NCBI GenBank assembly: GCA_028282905.1
Contig: JANQGW010000112.1
Coordinates: 189-64,188 of the forward strand
From: Sedimentisphaerales bacterium
Lineage (GTDB): Bacteria; Planctomycetota; Phycisphaerae; Sedimentisphaerales; Anaerohalosphaeraceae
DNA length: 64,000 nucleotides
Direction of reading: 5' to 3'
The notes beneath the pieces are model-generated. The model had not been told where the DNA came from and did not search any database. It worked only from the letters and a program-made list of their open reading frames with translations. The translations under genes and the position numbers were made by a program. Shown here in pieces: positions 9,754 to 18,193 of the stretch (within the stretch, counting starts at the first letter, position 1; each line of letters begins with the position of its first letter).

Positions 9754-11010
9754 ATGGCAGAAGATTTTTACACAATGCAGGAAGTGATGGAAAAACTGCG
9801 CCAATCCGAAGAACAGGTACAGGATTTGGTCAAGCAGGGCAAACTTCGTCAGTACATGGACTCCGGCAATCCTATGTTCAAGACCGAAGACGTCAATGAA
9901 CTGGCCGAGGAAATCGTCGGTATCGACATCTCTTCGACCGGTCTTGACCTGGGAGGTTCGGCCCTGGAACTGGCTGAAACCGGCGATCTTGACTTGGGCG
10001 GAGCAGACCTGGAATCAGCCGAAACCGGCGACGTTGAGGATTTAGTCGGCGACCTGGATCTGGGTGGGGATTTGGAAATCGCTGAAGAAGCTGAAGAAGC
10101 AGTTGGCGATGCGGAAGCAATGGATGCTTCTGAACTGAATCTGGCGGAAACCTCGGAAATTCAGTTGGAACCGGATGAAGAACCTGCTGACAGCCCCGAA
10201 CTGAAAGATCAAACCAGTGAAGGTGGCTTTGGACTGAGCCAAATGGGCGATTTGACCATGGCTGATACCAATGTCGGTACAGTTGGCATCAACATTCTCA
10301 GCGGCACCGAAGATGCTTTTAAGCTGACCGAAGATACGAAAGCCGAAACCATGTCGGCTGACGCCGAAGAGATTGAAGAACTGGAAAGCCTCGATGCCGA
10401 CTCCAATATGGAAAGTTTCGGCAGCGGTTCCGGTCTGCTGGACTTGTCATTACAAGCTGATGATACCTCGCTGGGTGCGGTTTTGGACGATATTCTGCCG
10501 GCTGGTGCTGAAGAGGCCGGCGGCGGAGACCTCCCGGTTGACCAGATTGGCATAGGCGATGAAGCGGAAGACCTGCTAGCCGAGCCGGCCATGGCTGAGG
10601 CAGCGGAACCTGCCGCTGCAGAACCTGCGGCTGCACCGGCCGCAGCCGGTGCTCCGGCGATGCCCGCTCAAAAAATGGTCGCGGTCGCAGAGATTGACCC
10701 TCGCACGAACCTGTTCGGCATTGCGATGTTCCTGCCGCTGGCAGCGATTATTCTGGTCGGTATCATCCTGACCGGTGCGATGCAGGGCATCAACCCGTCA
10801 CTAATGAAAGTTCTGACGGAAAAAGAAATCGGCCAAGTCGGCTTGTTCTGGTACGTGTTGGGCGGTCTGGCCATTTTTGCGGTTCTTTTCTCCCTGTTTG
10901 CTTCAGTCGGCGGTGGCACCGGCGGCGGAACCGGACGGGCAAAAGCTGCGAAAAAGACTAAAAAGCCCAAGGCTAAAAAAGAGAAAAAGCCTAAAAAGAA
11001 GAAAAAATAG
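9754..11010 (+). CDS. Membrane-anchored protein: N-terminal HTH (excisionase/MerR-like), roughly 250-aa polyacidic low-complexity region, two TM helices, lysine-rich tail
   Basis: ATG with AGGAAG 8 nt upstream. The N-terminus reads DFYTMQEVMEKLRQSEEQVQDLVKQGKLRQY. D/E-rich DLDLGG-type repeats follow, then TM segments LFGIAMFLPLAAIILVGIILTG and VGLFWYVLGGLAIFAVLFSLFA, then the tail RAKAAKKTKKPKAKKEKKPKKKKK. Confidence 0.7.
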   Translation: MAEDFYTMQEVMEKLRQSEEQVQDLVKQGKLRQYMDSGNPMFKTEDVNELAEEIVGIDISSTGLDLGGSALELAETGDLDLGGADLESAETGDVEDLVGDLDLGGDLEIAEEAEEAVGDAEAMDASELNLAETSEIQLEPDEEPADSPELKDQTSEGGFGLSQMGDLTMADTNVGTVGINILSGTEDAFKLTEDTKAETMSADAEEIEELESLDADSNMESFGSGSGLLDLSLQADDTSLGAVLDDILPAGAEEAGGGDLPVDQIGIGDEAEDLLAEPAMAEAAEPAAAEPAAAPAAAGAPAMPAQKMVAVAEIDPRTNLFGIAMFLPLAAIILVGIILTGAMQGINPSLMKVLTEKEIGQVGLFWYVLGGLAIFAVLFSLFASVGGGTGGGTGRAKAAKKTKKPKAKKEKKPKKKKK

Positions 11011-11181
11011 GCTTCTTTGCCTGATGGCAACCGTCAAATGTCGGATTAAAAGCGAAATTGAGCCGTTAAACGCATATTTTTTATGCCAAAGGCGGCTTTT
11101 TGCCGACATAACGTCTATGGAATGCAACCGTTTGATGGTGCGAAAATTAAAGGATTGACCTTCGTCAGAAAGGGTATCGTT

Positions 11182-11964
11182 ATGAGCCGGAGCAAATGTT
11201 TAATCACAGTATTGGCATGCACAATGATTCTGTTCACGGTCGGTTGTGAATGCGGACAAAGCGTAAACGACCTGAAAGCCCAAAACCGCATCCAGCAGCA
11301 GCGTATTGCGGATTTGGAAAGTGAATTGGGCTTGTGCAACTCGGAATTACAGCAAAAACTGCAGGACTTGCAGAATCTTTCAGGCACCAGTTCGGCGGAT
11401 ATGGAAGCGAAGAACGCCCTGATCGCAGCATTGGAAGCGGACATCGAAAAGAAAAAAGCGATGATCGAACAGATGAAGGCCCAAATGCTGACGGCTGGCG
11501 CTCCCCTGCCGCCGGAAATGAACATGCTGCTTCAGGAATTCGCCAAAACCAGCGAAATGATCGATTTTGACGAGGCTACCGGGTCATTGAAGTTCAAAAA
11601 CGACCTGCTGTTTACCCCCGGCAGTGACCAGGTGACCGCAAACGCGGCAACATCGCTGAAATCGCTGGCCGGCATTATGACCAGTGCCGAAGCCAAACAA
11701 TTTGACATTGTCATCGTCGGCCATACTGACGATGTGCCGATTAAACGCCCTGCCACCAAGGCAAAGCATCCGACCAACTGGCATCTTTCCGTCCACCGTT
11801 CAATCGGCGTTATGACGGTACTGAACAGCAGCGGCATCGCTTCAGAACGTATGGCCGTTAAGGGCTACGGTGAATTCCGCCCGGTCGCCCCGAACAAGCC
11901 CAACAAAGGCGGCAACCCTGCCAACCGCCGGGTCGAAATCTTTATTCTGCCGGGACAATCTTAA
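11182..11964 (+). CDS. OmpA/MotB-family peptidoglycan-binding lipoprotein with an N-terminal coiled coil
   Basis: Lipobox LFTVGC after MSRSKCLITVLACTMI. The C-terminal OmpA-like domain contains IVIVGHTDDVPI and NRRVEIFI. I prefer the ATG at 11182 over the track start at 11083. Confidence 0.85.
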   Translation: MSRSKCLITVLACTMILFTVGCECGQSVNDLKAQNRIQQQRIADLESELGLCNSELQQKLQDLQNLSGTSSADMEAKNALIAALEADIEKKKAMIEQMKAQMLTAGAPLPPEMNMLLQEFAKTSEMIDFDEATGSLKFKNDLLFTPGSDQVTANAATSLKSLAGIMTSAEAKQFDIVIVGHTDDVPIKRPATKAKHPTNWHLSVHRSIGVMTVLNSSGIASERMAVKGYGEFRPVAPNKPNKGGNPANRRVEIFILPGQS

Positions 11965-12003
11965 TCACTTGAGTTGACAGCTTCGAGGACAACAGGAGAA
12001 CAC

Positions 12004-12465
12004 ATGGCGGAACGAACACTGATTATCATTAAGCCGGATGCGGTACAGCGGCATTTGGTCGGTCAGATTCTCTCGCGGTTTGAAACCAAAGGTCTCAAAA
12101 TCGTCGCCGCCAAGTTCATGCAGATTTCAAAAGAGCTGGCTCAAAAGCATTACGCCGCCCATGAAGGCAAGCCGTTCTTTAAGGGCGTGGTTGAGTTTCT
12201 GTCCGCCAGCCCGGTGATGGTATTGGTCCTGGAAGCTGACGGCGTGATTGCAATGAGCCGCAAGCTGATGGGCAAAACATTCGGTAACGAAGCGGAACCG
12301 GGCACCATTCGCGGCGACTTCGGTGCCTGTCGCGGTTTTAATCTTGTCCATGGTTCGGACAGCCCGGAATCGGCTGAATACGAAATTGGCCTGTACTTCA
12401 AGTCCGAGGAAATCGTCGATTATACATTTGCCGATGACCACTGGCTCTACGGCAGCAACGAATAA
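12004..12465 (+). CDS. ndk: Nucleoside diphosphate kinase
   Basis: MAERTLIIIKPDAVQR...NLVHGSDS (active-site His) is the classic NDK signature. The ATG at 12004 follows AGGAGA. Confidence 0.95.
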   Translation: MAERTLIIIKPDAVQRHLVGQILSRFETKGLKIVAAKFMQISKELAQKHYAAHEGKPFFKGVVEFLSASPVMVLVLEADGVIAMSRKLMGKTFGNEAEPGTIRGDFGACRGFNLVHGSDSPESAEYEIGLYFKSEEIVDYTFADDHWLYGSNE

Positions 12466-12493
12466 GACACCCTGCCTTAAGGTAATATTCCAA

Positions 12494-12518
12494 AGCCCCT
12501 GAATAAGGGGCTTTTTTT
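12494..12518 (+). terminator. Rho-independent terminator after ndk
   Basis: AGCCCCT-GAATA-AGGGGCT followed by T7. Confidence 0.85.
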
Positions 12519-12539
12519 GTGCCTTCTGGTATGGTCAAT

Positions 12540-13442
12540 TTAAGAAAACATGATAGCAGTACCGCAGACGGCAACGACGGCGCCGATGATTTCTCGGACA
12601 TTGACCTTTTCCTTAAACAGCACCACGACAAACGGGATAATCAGAACGGGGACAATCGAGATAATCGTACTGGCCACGCCGGTTGATGTGTGCTGAACGG
12701 CCAGCAGCGACAAATACACACCGAGAAATGGTCCAAATACCGTTCCCGTCATCAAGAATATCATGGCCCGGCGATTTCTGAATGCCGCCGCGAACTGTCT
12801 CCATGCACGAAAGTGAAAAAACAGCAATGAAAAACCAATCATTCCCGCAATGATACGGATATGCGTTGCGGCGAAGGCATTATATTCGCCCATACCGAAC
12901 TTACTGAGTACCAATCCGACCGCCTGACCCAACATTCCAAGGCCGGCAAACAATATTCCCTTAATCGGATGCTTCAGTTCTTTGCTGCCGTCTTTGCGTG
13001 TCAGGATAACCGTCGCGACGCCACCTGTTGTCATCGCCATGCCGATGCAATGATTCAATGTCAGCGTTTCACTTAAGACCAGATAACCCAACACCGCTGT
13101 CACGGGCGGTGCCAAAGCCATAATCAGCATGGAGGTCCGCGACCCGATAACGACAAACGCTTTGAACAGGAACAGATCGCCTATCACAAAACCAACAATC
13201 CCTGACAAAGCCAGCCAAAACCAGGCACTGGAGGGCGCATCGGTCGGAAACGCCCTGCCCCGAAAAATCAATGAAAAGACAGCAAATAAAACAAATGCTC
13301 CGTACAGCCGGATCAGATTTACCGACAGTGAGCCAACCCGCTTGGAGGAATACTCAAAACATAAGGCGGTAACCGTCCAGCACAACGCTGTCAATAGAGC
13401 CGCAAGCGGGCCGATTTTGATTGCTGCCAACATCAAGGTCAT
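12540..13442 (-). CDS. EamA/DMT-family transporter
   Basis: 300-aa ORF with about 10 TM segments arranged as two similar halves, typical of the drug/metabolite transporter (EamA) superfamily. Confidence 0.8.
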   Translation of the reverse strand: MTLMLAAIKIGPLAALLTALCWTVTALCFEYSSKRVGSLSVNLIRLYGAFVLFAVFSLIFRGRAFPTDAPSSAWFWLALSGIVGFVIGDLFLFKAFVVIGSRTSMLIMALAPPVTAVLGYLVLSETLTLNHCIGMAMTTGGVATVILTRKDGSKELKHPIKGILFAGLGMLGQAVGLVLSKFGMGEYNAFAATHIRIIAGMIGFSLLFFHFRAWRQFAAAFRNRRAMIFLMTGTVFGPFLGVYLSLLAVQHTSTGVASTIISIVPVLIIPFVVVLFKEKVNVREIIGAVVAVCGTAIMFS

Positions 13443-13614
13443 TTATGGAGTTTTCTGTTTAATATGGATATTAGCTGACGATAATACTTTACTACTGGCA
13501 CAAGTCAATAAAAACATACCTCAATATCCTGAAAATAAGGACAGCATTCTCCAGAGTGCAAATATAATCGGATAAAAAATTCCTTGATATTTTTTAGATT
13601 TTCCTTGAACAAGC

Positions 13615-13631
13615 ATACCCCCGTGGGGTAT
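13615..13631. promoter_or_regulatory. Candidate CsoR-family operator overlapping the csoR-like promoter
   Basis: Perfect 7-bp inverted repeat ATACCCC-CGT-GGGGTAT. It lies between a TTGAAC -35 (13605-13610) and a TATATA/GTATAT -10 (13628-13634), 54 nt upstream of the repressor gene. G/C-tract dyads flanked by TA are the known operator style of CsoR/RcnR repressors. Confidence 0.6.
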
Positions 13632-13684
13632 ATACCCTATGGAACGAATATGAATACCGTATTATTAATGGAAAGAGTAACATT

Positions 13685-13960
13685 ATGGCTAAACATCCTG
13701 ATCATTCTAAAAATTTAGTCGCACTTCGACGTATTGAGGGACAGGTCCGCGGCGTCCAGCGTATGGTGGAGGAAAAGCAGTATTGCGTGGATATTCTCAC
13801 CCAGATACGCGCGATCAAGGGGGCACTGGGGAACGTCGAAAAGAAGATATTAGAGCGACACTTCCGACATTGTGTTAAGGATGCCATCACCAGCCAATCC
13901 GAGTCAGACACCGATGAAAAAATCCAGGAAATCATCCGCTTGTTTGATAAGAGGATATAG
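13685..13960 (+). CDS. CsoR/RcnR/FrmR-family metal-sensing repressor (x-C-H-C fingerprint, CsoR-like)
   Basis: 91 aa with LRRIEGQVRGVQRMVEE..YCVDILTQIRAIKGAL...HFRHC. The Cys in YCVD plus H-x3-C in HFRHC give the C-H-C ligand pattern. Confidence 0.9.
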   Translation: MAKHPDHSKNLVALRRIEGQVRGVQRMVEEKQYCVDILTQIRAIKGALGNVEKKILERHFRHCVKDAITSQSESDTDEKIQEIIRLFDKRI

Positions 13961-13962
13961 CG

Positions 13963-14973
13963 ATGAAAACTCAACCAGTTTTAATCTGTTTTGGGCTATT
14001 GGGAATATTGCTTTTCAGTCATACCGGACATGCGGATGAGTTTTATAAAGAACTCAATCTGATTGGCGGCTACTCCAATACGCGTGACTGGGTGGGAACC
14101 AATGGAAAAGGTCAGAAAAACTCGGTTGGTTTTGAGTATTTCAAAATCTTCTCCGACGAGTACGGCGACACACTGAAACTGAATCTGCAATTGCGCTTTG
14201 CCTACGATTCGTTAGCTGATTCTGATGACGCTTTCGGCATTGAAGTGCATAACGCCTGGCTGGAATATAAACTCGGACTGGGGCGAGCCATCCGATTTGG
14301 ACATTTTGACACGGCATTCGGGCTGGAACCCGTTTTGGATACGCACAGCAGTTTGCTGCAAACGCTGGCGTTTGACAACATCGGCTTTAAAAAAGACTGG
14401 GGCGTCGGCTATCGCACGTACTGGGGTGACTTTGATATCGAGATGGCCGCTCAGTTCGGTTCCGGCATGGGGATTCGCTACAAGGACCATAACTATCTGC
14501 TGAGTACGCGCATCAGCTCAAAAACTGAAAGCGGTACCGAATACGGCATCTCTTTCCTGCACGGTCAAACACTGCAAAGCCGTCAGTCCTGGACTATCCC
14601 AGTGGCGGACCTGGTTTCGGACAAAAGCATCCAGCGCAATCGCATGGGAGTGGATATGCAAAGACCACTGGGGCCATTTCGACTGCTAAGTGAATTTGCC
14701 ATTGGAGACGATGAAGGTACAACCGTTGGCGGCGGCATGGCTCAACTGGAGTATGACCTGCCTGAACAGGAAAACACAACCCTGAAGTTTCAAACGCTAG
14801 CCTGGTATGACGAATGGAACAACAGCGACACATTAAAACTGACACTGTCGCCGGTACTCGAACATCGGCTGTCTTCGACCTGGACATTTCGGGCGGGGTA
14901 TTTTCATGACTTGTACCATCCGGACGATAATGAACAAGCCTTTTTGATTCAGCTCTATTACTTTGGAAAATGA
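13963..14973 (+). CDS. Putative outer-membrane beta-barrel (porin-like) protein
   Basis: Signal peptide (LICFGLLGILLFSHTGHA), then alternating hydrophobic/polar beta-strand pattern throughout, with an aromatic C-terminus LIQLYYFGK. It starts 2 nt after the csoR-like stop. Confidence 0.5.
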   Translation: MKTQPVLICFGLLGILLFSHTGHADEFYKELNLIGGYSNTRDWVGTNGKGQKNSVGFEYFKIFSDEYGDTLKLNLQLRFAYDSLADSDDAFGIEVHNAWLEYKLGLGRAIRFGHFDTAFGLEPVLDTHSSLLQTLAFDNIGFKKDWGVGYRTYWGDFDIEMAAQFGSGMGIRYKDHNYLLSTRISSKTESGTEYGISFLHGQTLQSRQSWTIPVADLVSDKSIQRNRMGVDMQRPLGPFRLLSEFAIGDDEGTTVGGGMAQLEYDLPEQENTTLKFQTLAWYDEWNNSDTLKLTLSPVLEHRLSSTWTFRAGYFHDLYHPDDNEQAFLIQLYYFGK

Positions 14974-14977
14974 TTTA

Positions 14978-15044
14978 GTCATGCCGGGCTTGTCCCGGCA
15001 TCCAGACAGTGACGCACTGGACCCCGGATCAAGTCCGGGGTGAC
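14978..15044. repeat. REP-like double hairpin element (two head-to-head GTCAY-hairpin-TCCAG units)
   Basis: GTCATGCCGGGCTTGTCCCGGCATCCAGA on the plus strand and GTCACCCCGGACTTGATCCGGGGTCCAGTG on the minus strand. Same architecture as 29266-29331. Confidence 0.65.
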
Positions 15045-15069
15045 ACAGAGAGAAAGATTGGATGAGATA

Positions 15070-15753
15070 ATGAAGATGAAATTAAACCGAACCATCATAC
15101 TTGCCGCCGCCCTATTGCTGTTGAAAGCATCCGCGGTTTATGCGGCAGTCGGCTGTACGCTGACGGACCCGGACCGGGATATCCGGCGGTTGTTCTCGAA
15201 AGCGACCAACTACAAAACGGAATTTTTCTCAATCAAGGAAAACGGCGGCCCGCCTCTGCATGCTGAAATAGAAAAGAAGCTCGGAGATAAGCTGGACACC
15301 GTCTACGAAACGGATGACGTCCCCTATGCGTACTACACAGTACTGCAGGGTAAAACCGTTATCGGCTATGTGCATGGCGTCAATCAAAAGGGCCGATTTG
15401 GCGGAATGCAGCTTATACTGGCAACCGATACCCAGGGGAAAATCCTGGATTTCTATTACCAGAAGCTCACCTCGCCGGAAGCGAAAGCATTTCGAAATAA
15501 GAAATTCACAAAGCAATTCGTCGGCTTAACGCTCAAAGAGTTTTACACAACGGATATCTCAAAAAAAATTGCCGACCCGAGTAAAAGCAATGCCCGAGAT
15601 TATCAGTCCACACTGCGGGGATTGAAAAAAAATCTGATTATCTATGACATTTTTAAATTGAATCGAAAATTTGACCCGGTTTTCAAAAAACAACAGGAAT
15701 CCAAAGAAAAACCGGAAACAGAACAAAACAAATCAGGAGAGAAAGAATCATGA
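15070..15753 (+). CDS. Secreted/lipoprotein of unknown function with a Lys/Glu-rich tail
   Basis: Signal peptide MKMKLNRTIILAAALLLLKASAVYAAVGC. The stop overlaps the next start (ATGA). The central GRFGGMQLILATDTQGKILDF segment faintly resembles FMN_bind-type domains, which is not enough for a call. Confidence 0.55.
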   Translation: MKMKLNRTIILAAALLLLKASAVYAAVGCTLTDPDRDIRRLFSKATNYKTEFFSIKENGGPPLHAEIEKKLGDKLDTVYETDDVPYAYYTVLQGKTVIGYVHGVNQKGRFGGMQLILATDTQGKILDFYYQKLTSPEAKAFRNKKFTKQFVGLTLKEFYTTDISKKIADPSKSNARDYQSTLRGLKKNLIIYDIFKLNRKFDPVFKKQQESKEKPETEQNKSGEKES

Positions 15754-16124
15754 AAAAGACACTTATTTCCATAACACTTGTTACAGTTCTAATGGCATTG
15801 ATCTTGGCCGGCTGTGGTAAAAAAACCGGCGAAGTGTATGGTGAGCCGATTGGAAACCGACAAACCACCCACTTAAAAGAAGTGCTGACCGAGCCGGACA
15901 GCTTTAAGGACAAGACGTTAACCGTTGAAGGCAAGATCGTGCGTCAATGCCCAACGGGCTGCTGGTTTGACATTCAAAGCGATACGGCGGTCATGCATGT
16001 AGATATTAACCCTTCCGGCTTTGCCCTGCCGCAAAAGCCGGGTAAAACGGTTCTGGTGGAAGGAAAGGTCAGCGTTGAAGGCGACCAGGTCGAAATCATC
16101 GGAACAGGAGTGGAAGTCAAATGA
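15750..16124 (+). CDS. DUF4920-like lipoprotein
   Basis: Lipobox LILAGC. The CPTGCW motif and overall size match my recollection of DUF4920. It is translationally coupled on both sides (ATGA overlaps). Confidence 0.55.
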   Translation: MKKTLISITLVTVLMALILAGCGKKTGEVYGEPIGNRQTTHLKEVLTEPDSFKDKTLTVEGKIVRQCPTGCWFDIQSDTAVMHVDINPSGFALPQKPGKTVLVEGKVSVEGDQVEIIGTGVEVK

Positions 16125-17305
16125 ATACGTTATCGATTGCCGTTAAAAATTTGCGGCGAAAAAAAATACGCTCGGTGCTGACGATTGGCGGCGTTTCCAT
16201 TGCCGTCGCGGTACTGGTGAGCCTGATGGGTTTCGATAAAGGCTATCAGCAGTCACTGACGAGCAATATTGACCGGATGGGTTATCAACTGCTGGTGACC
16301 GCCAAAGGCTGCCCGTACGAAGCGGCCACGATGATGCTCAAAGGCGGCGGCGGGCTGCGCTATATGGAACAGGACGCTTACGATCAGATTCGCAGTGACC
16401 AACGCATCGAACAGATTACGCCGCAGCTTGTGGCAACAGTTTTTGACCCAGACCGGGCTGAGGGCGAAGGCGGGTTTGTCATGTTTATGGGCATTCACGA
16501 TTCGTACATGAAGCTGAAACCGTGGAACAAATTCAAAAGCGGTGGCTGGTTCAGCAGCCCTGACGCTGACGAGGTCATTATGGGCTTTGAAGCGGCCGAG
16601 CTGGAACAGCGAAACGTCGGCGATGAAATCTTTATCCCCGGCAAGAATAAGATCTTGAAAGTCGCCGGCATTTTTGAGCGGACCGGCACACAGGACGACG
16701 GGATTGTCTTTATGCCACTCCAAACCACCCAGCAGATTTTCGGCCTGCCGGGTAAACTGACCGGTGTAGGCATCAAACTCAAAGACATCCAGACCATCAG
16801 CAAAGTCGAAGAGGATTTGTATGAGGTTCCGGGTATTCAGGTTATCAGCATGGCTCAGGTGCGCGGCACGATTTTAAACCTGATCGCCTCGGCAAAGATC
16901 ATGGCCAATTCCATCGCAGTGATCGCTATTTTTATCGCGGTCATTGGCGTCATTAATACGATCTTGATGTCGGTCTTTGAACGAACACAGGAAATCGGCA
17001 TCCTCAAGGCGATGGGCGCTTCGCGGTTTCAAATCTTTAGGCTGATCTGGGCGGAAACGATTTTGATTTGCAGCCTGGGCGGTATCATCGGTAATATTGT
17101 CGCCTTAACGGCCAGCCGGGCCGTGGAAGCAATAATTGTCAACATCCTTCCGTTTACACCGTCGGGGCCAATTGTCGTTATTTATCCGGCATTACTTGTG
17201 TATGCCCTGGCCGGAGCGGTTGTACTGGGACTGATCGCCGGATTGTATCCGTCATGGCGTGCGTGCGCGATGGTACCGGTTGAAGCGATTCGACGAGGAG
17301 AATAA
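16121..17305 (+). CDS. ABC transporter permease, FtsX/MacB type
   Basis: 394 aa with an N-terminal TM, a large periplasmic domain, and a C-terminal 3-TM FtsX bundle (ERTQEIGILKAMGASRFQI motif). Confidence 0.9.
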   Translation: MNTLSIAVKNLRRKKIRSVLTIGGVSIAVAVLVSLMGFDKGYQQSLTSNIDRMGYQLLVTAKGCPYEAATMMLKGGGGLRYMEQDAYDQIRSDQRIEQITPQLVATVFDPDRAEGEGGFVMFMGIHDSYMKLKPWNKFKSGGWFSSPDADEVIMGFEAAELEQRNVGDEIFIPGKNKILKVAGIFERTGTQDDGIVFMPLQTTQQIFGLPGKLTGVGIKLKDIQTISKVEEDLYEVPGIQVISMAQVRGTILNLIASAKIMANSIAVIAIFIAVIGVINTILMSVFERTQEIGILKAMGASRFQIFRLIWAETILICSLGGIIGNIVALTASRAVEAIIVNILPFTPSGPIVVIYPALLVYALAGAVVLGLIAGLYPSWRACAMVPVEAIRRGE

Positions 17306-17307
17306 CA

Positions 17308-17979
17308 ATGAATAGAACGATCGTAAAAGCAGAAAAGCTGAGAAAAGTATATCATTTGTTTGCCGAGGAAATCGCCGCGGTCGATGGCGTTGACCTGGAG
17401 ATTACCGCAGGCGAGTTTGTGTCCATCATGGGACCATCCGGTTCCGGAAAGACGACCCTGCTGGATATGATCGGCTGTCTGGACTCCATTAGCGATGGTA
17501 CACTAGAGATTCTCGGCGAAGATGTTTCCTCAACACCTGAAAGCCAACTGGTGAAAACACGCCGAGGACAAATCGGATTTATCTTTCAGGACTTTTCACT
17601 GATTCCCAGCCTGACCGCACTGGAAAATCTGCAACTGGGGCTGTTTTTAGCAGGCAAGCAGACGAATCGCCAAAAATGTCTGGAAATGCTGGACAAGGTG
17701 CATTTGTCCCACCGCTGCAACCATCTGCCCAAACAGATGTCCGGCGGTGAACAGCAGCGCGTCGCCATCGCCCGGGCACTGGTCATTGAGCCGGATTTCC
17801 TGCTGGCGGATGAACCGACGGGACATCTGGATACGGCGACGACACAGACGGTTTTTGCATTGCTGAAGGAAATTAATGCTCAACAGAATCTGACGATTAT
17901 CCTGGCCACGCATGATGCGTCCATTGGTTCGCAAACCCAGCGGACGATCCTGCTGAAAGACGGGAAAATCGCCTCCTGA
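17308..17979 (+). CDS. ABC transporter ATP-binding protein (LolD/MacB-type)
   Basis: Walker A GPSGSGKTT, signature MSGGEQQRVAIARAL, Walker B LLADEPTGHLD. Confidence 0.95.
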   Translation: MNRTIVKAEKLRKVYHLFAEEIAAVDGVDLEITAGEFVSIMGPSGSGKTTLLDMIGCLDSISDGTLEILGEDVSSTPESQLVKTRRGQIGFIFQDFSLIPSLTALENLQLGLFLAGKQTNRQKCLEMLDKVHLSHRCNHLPKQMSGGEQQRVAIARALVIEPDFLLADEPTGHLDTATTQTVFALLKEINAQQNLTIILATHDASIGSQTQRTILLKDGKIAS

Positions 17980-18024
17980 TGCTCATGCTGCCATAACTTT
18001 TTAATTTTAAAAGAGTTACAGTTT

Positions 18025-18064
18025 AGCCGCCAGTGTTTCCCGAAGCACCGGCGGCTTTCTTTTC
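18025..18064 (+). terminator. Rho-independent terminator after the ABC operon
   Basis: 11-bp stem AGCCGCCAGTG/CACCGGCGGCT (one mismatch) followed by TTCTTTTC. Confidence 0.7.
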
Positions 18065-18130
18065 ATACCAAACTTCTATTATTAGTTAAAAAACGGCTGT
18101 TTTGCCGGTAAAAAAGTGCCGATGATTCCA

Positions 18131-18160
18131 TTGAACCGGAAGGGGCAATTATGGTAGAAT
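18131..18160 (+). promoter_or_regulatory. Sigma70-type promoter for the S8 peptidase gene
   Basis: TTGAAC, an 18-nt spacer, then TAGAAT. The predicted TSS falls downstream of the GTG at 18164 used in the ORF track. Confidence 0.55.
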
Positions 18161-18193
18161 AGAGTGGGTGTAACAGGAGTTTTTGGAGTATTT

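Noticed and set aside
9893-11030. Several 60-127-aa antisense or off-frame ORFs within the acidic-protein gene
   Set aside because: They arise from the GA-rich, repeat-rich coding sequence (GAA/GAT codons read in other frames) and have no independent signals.
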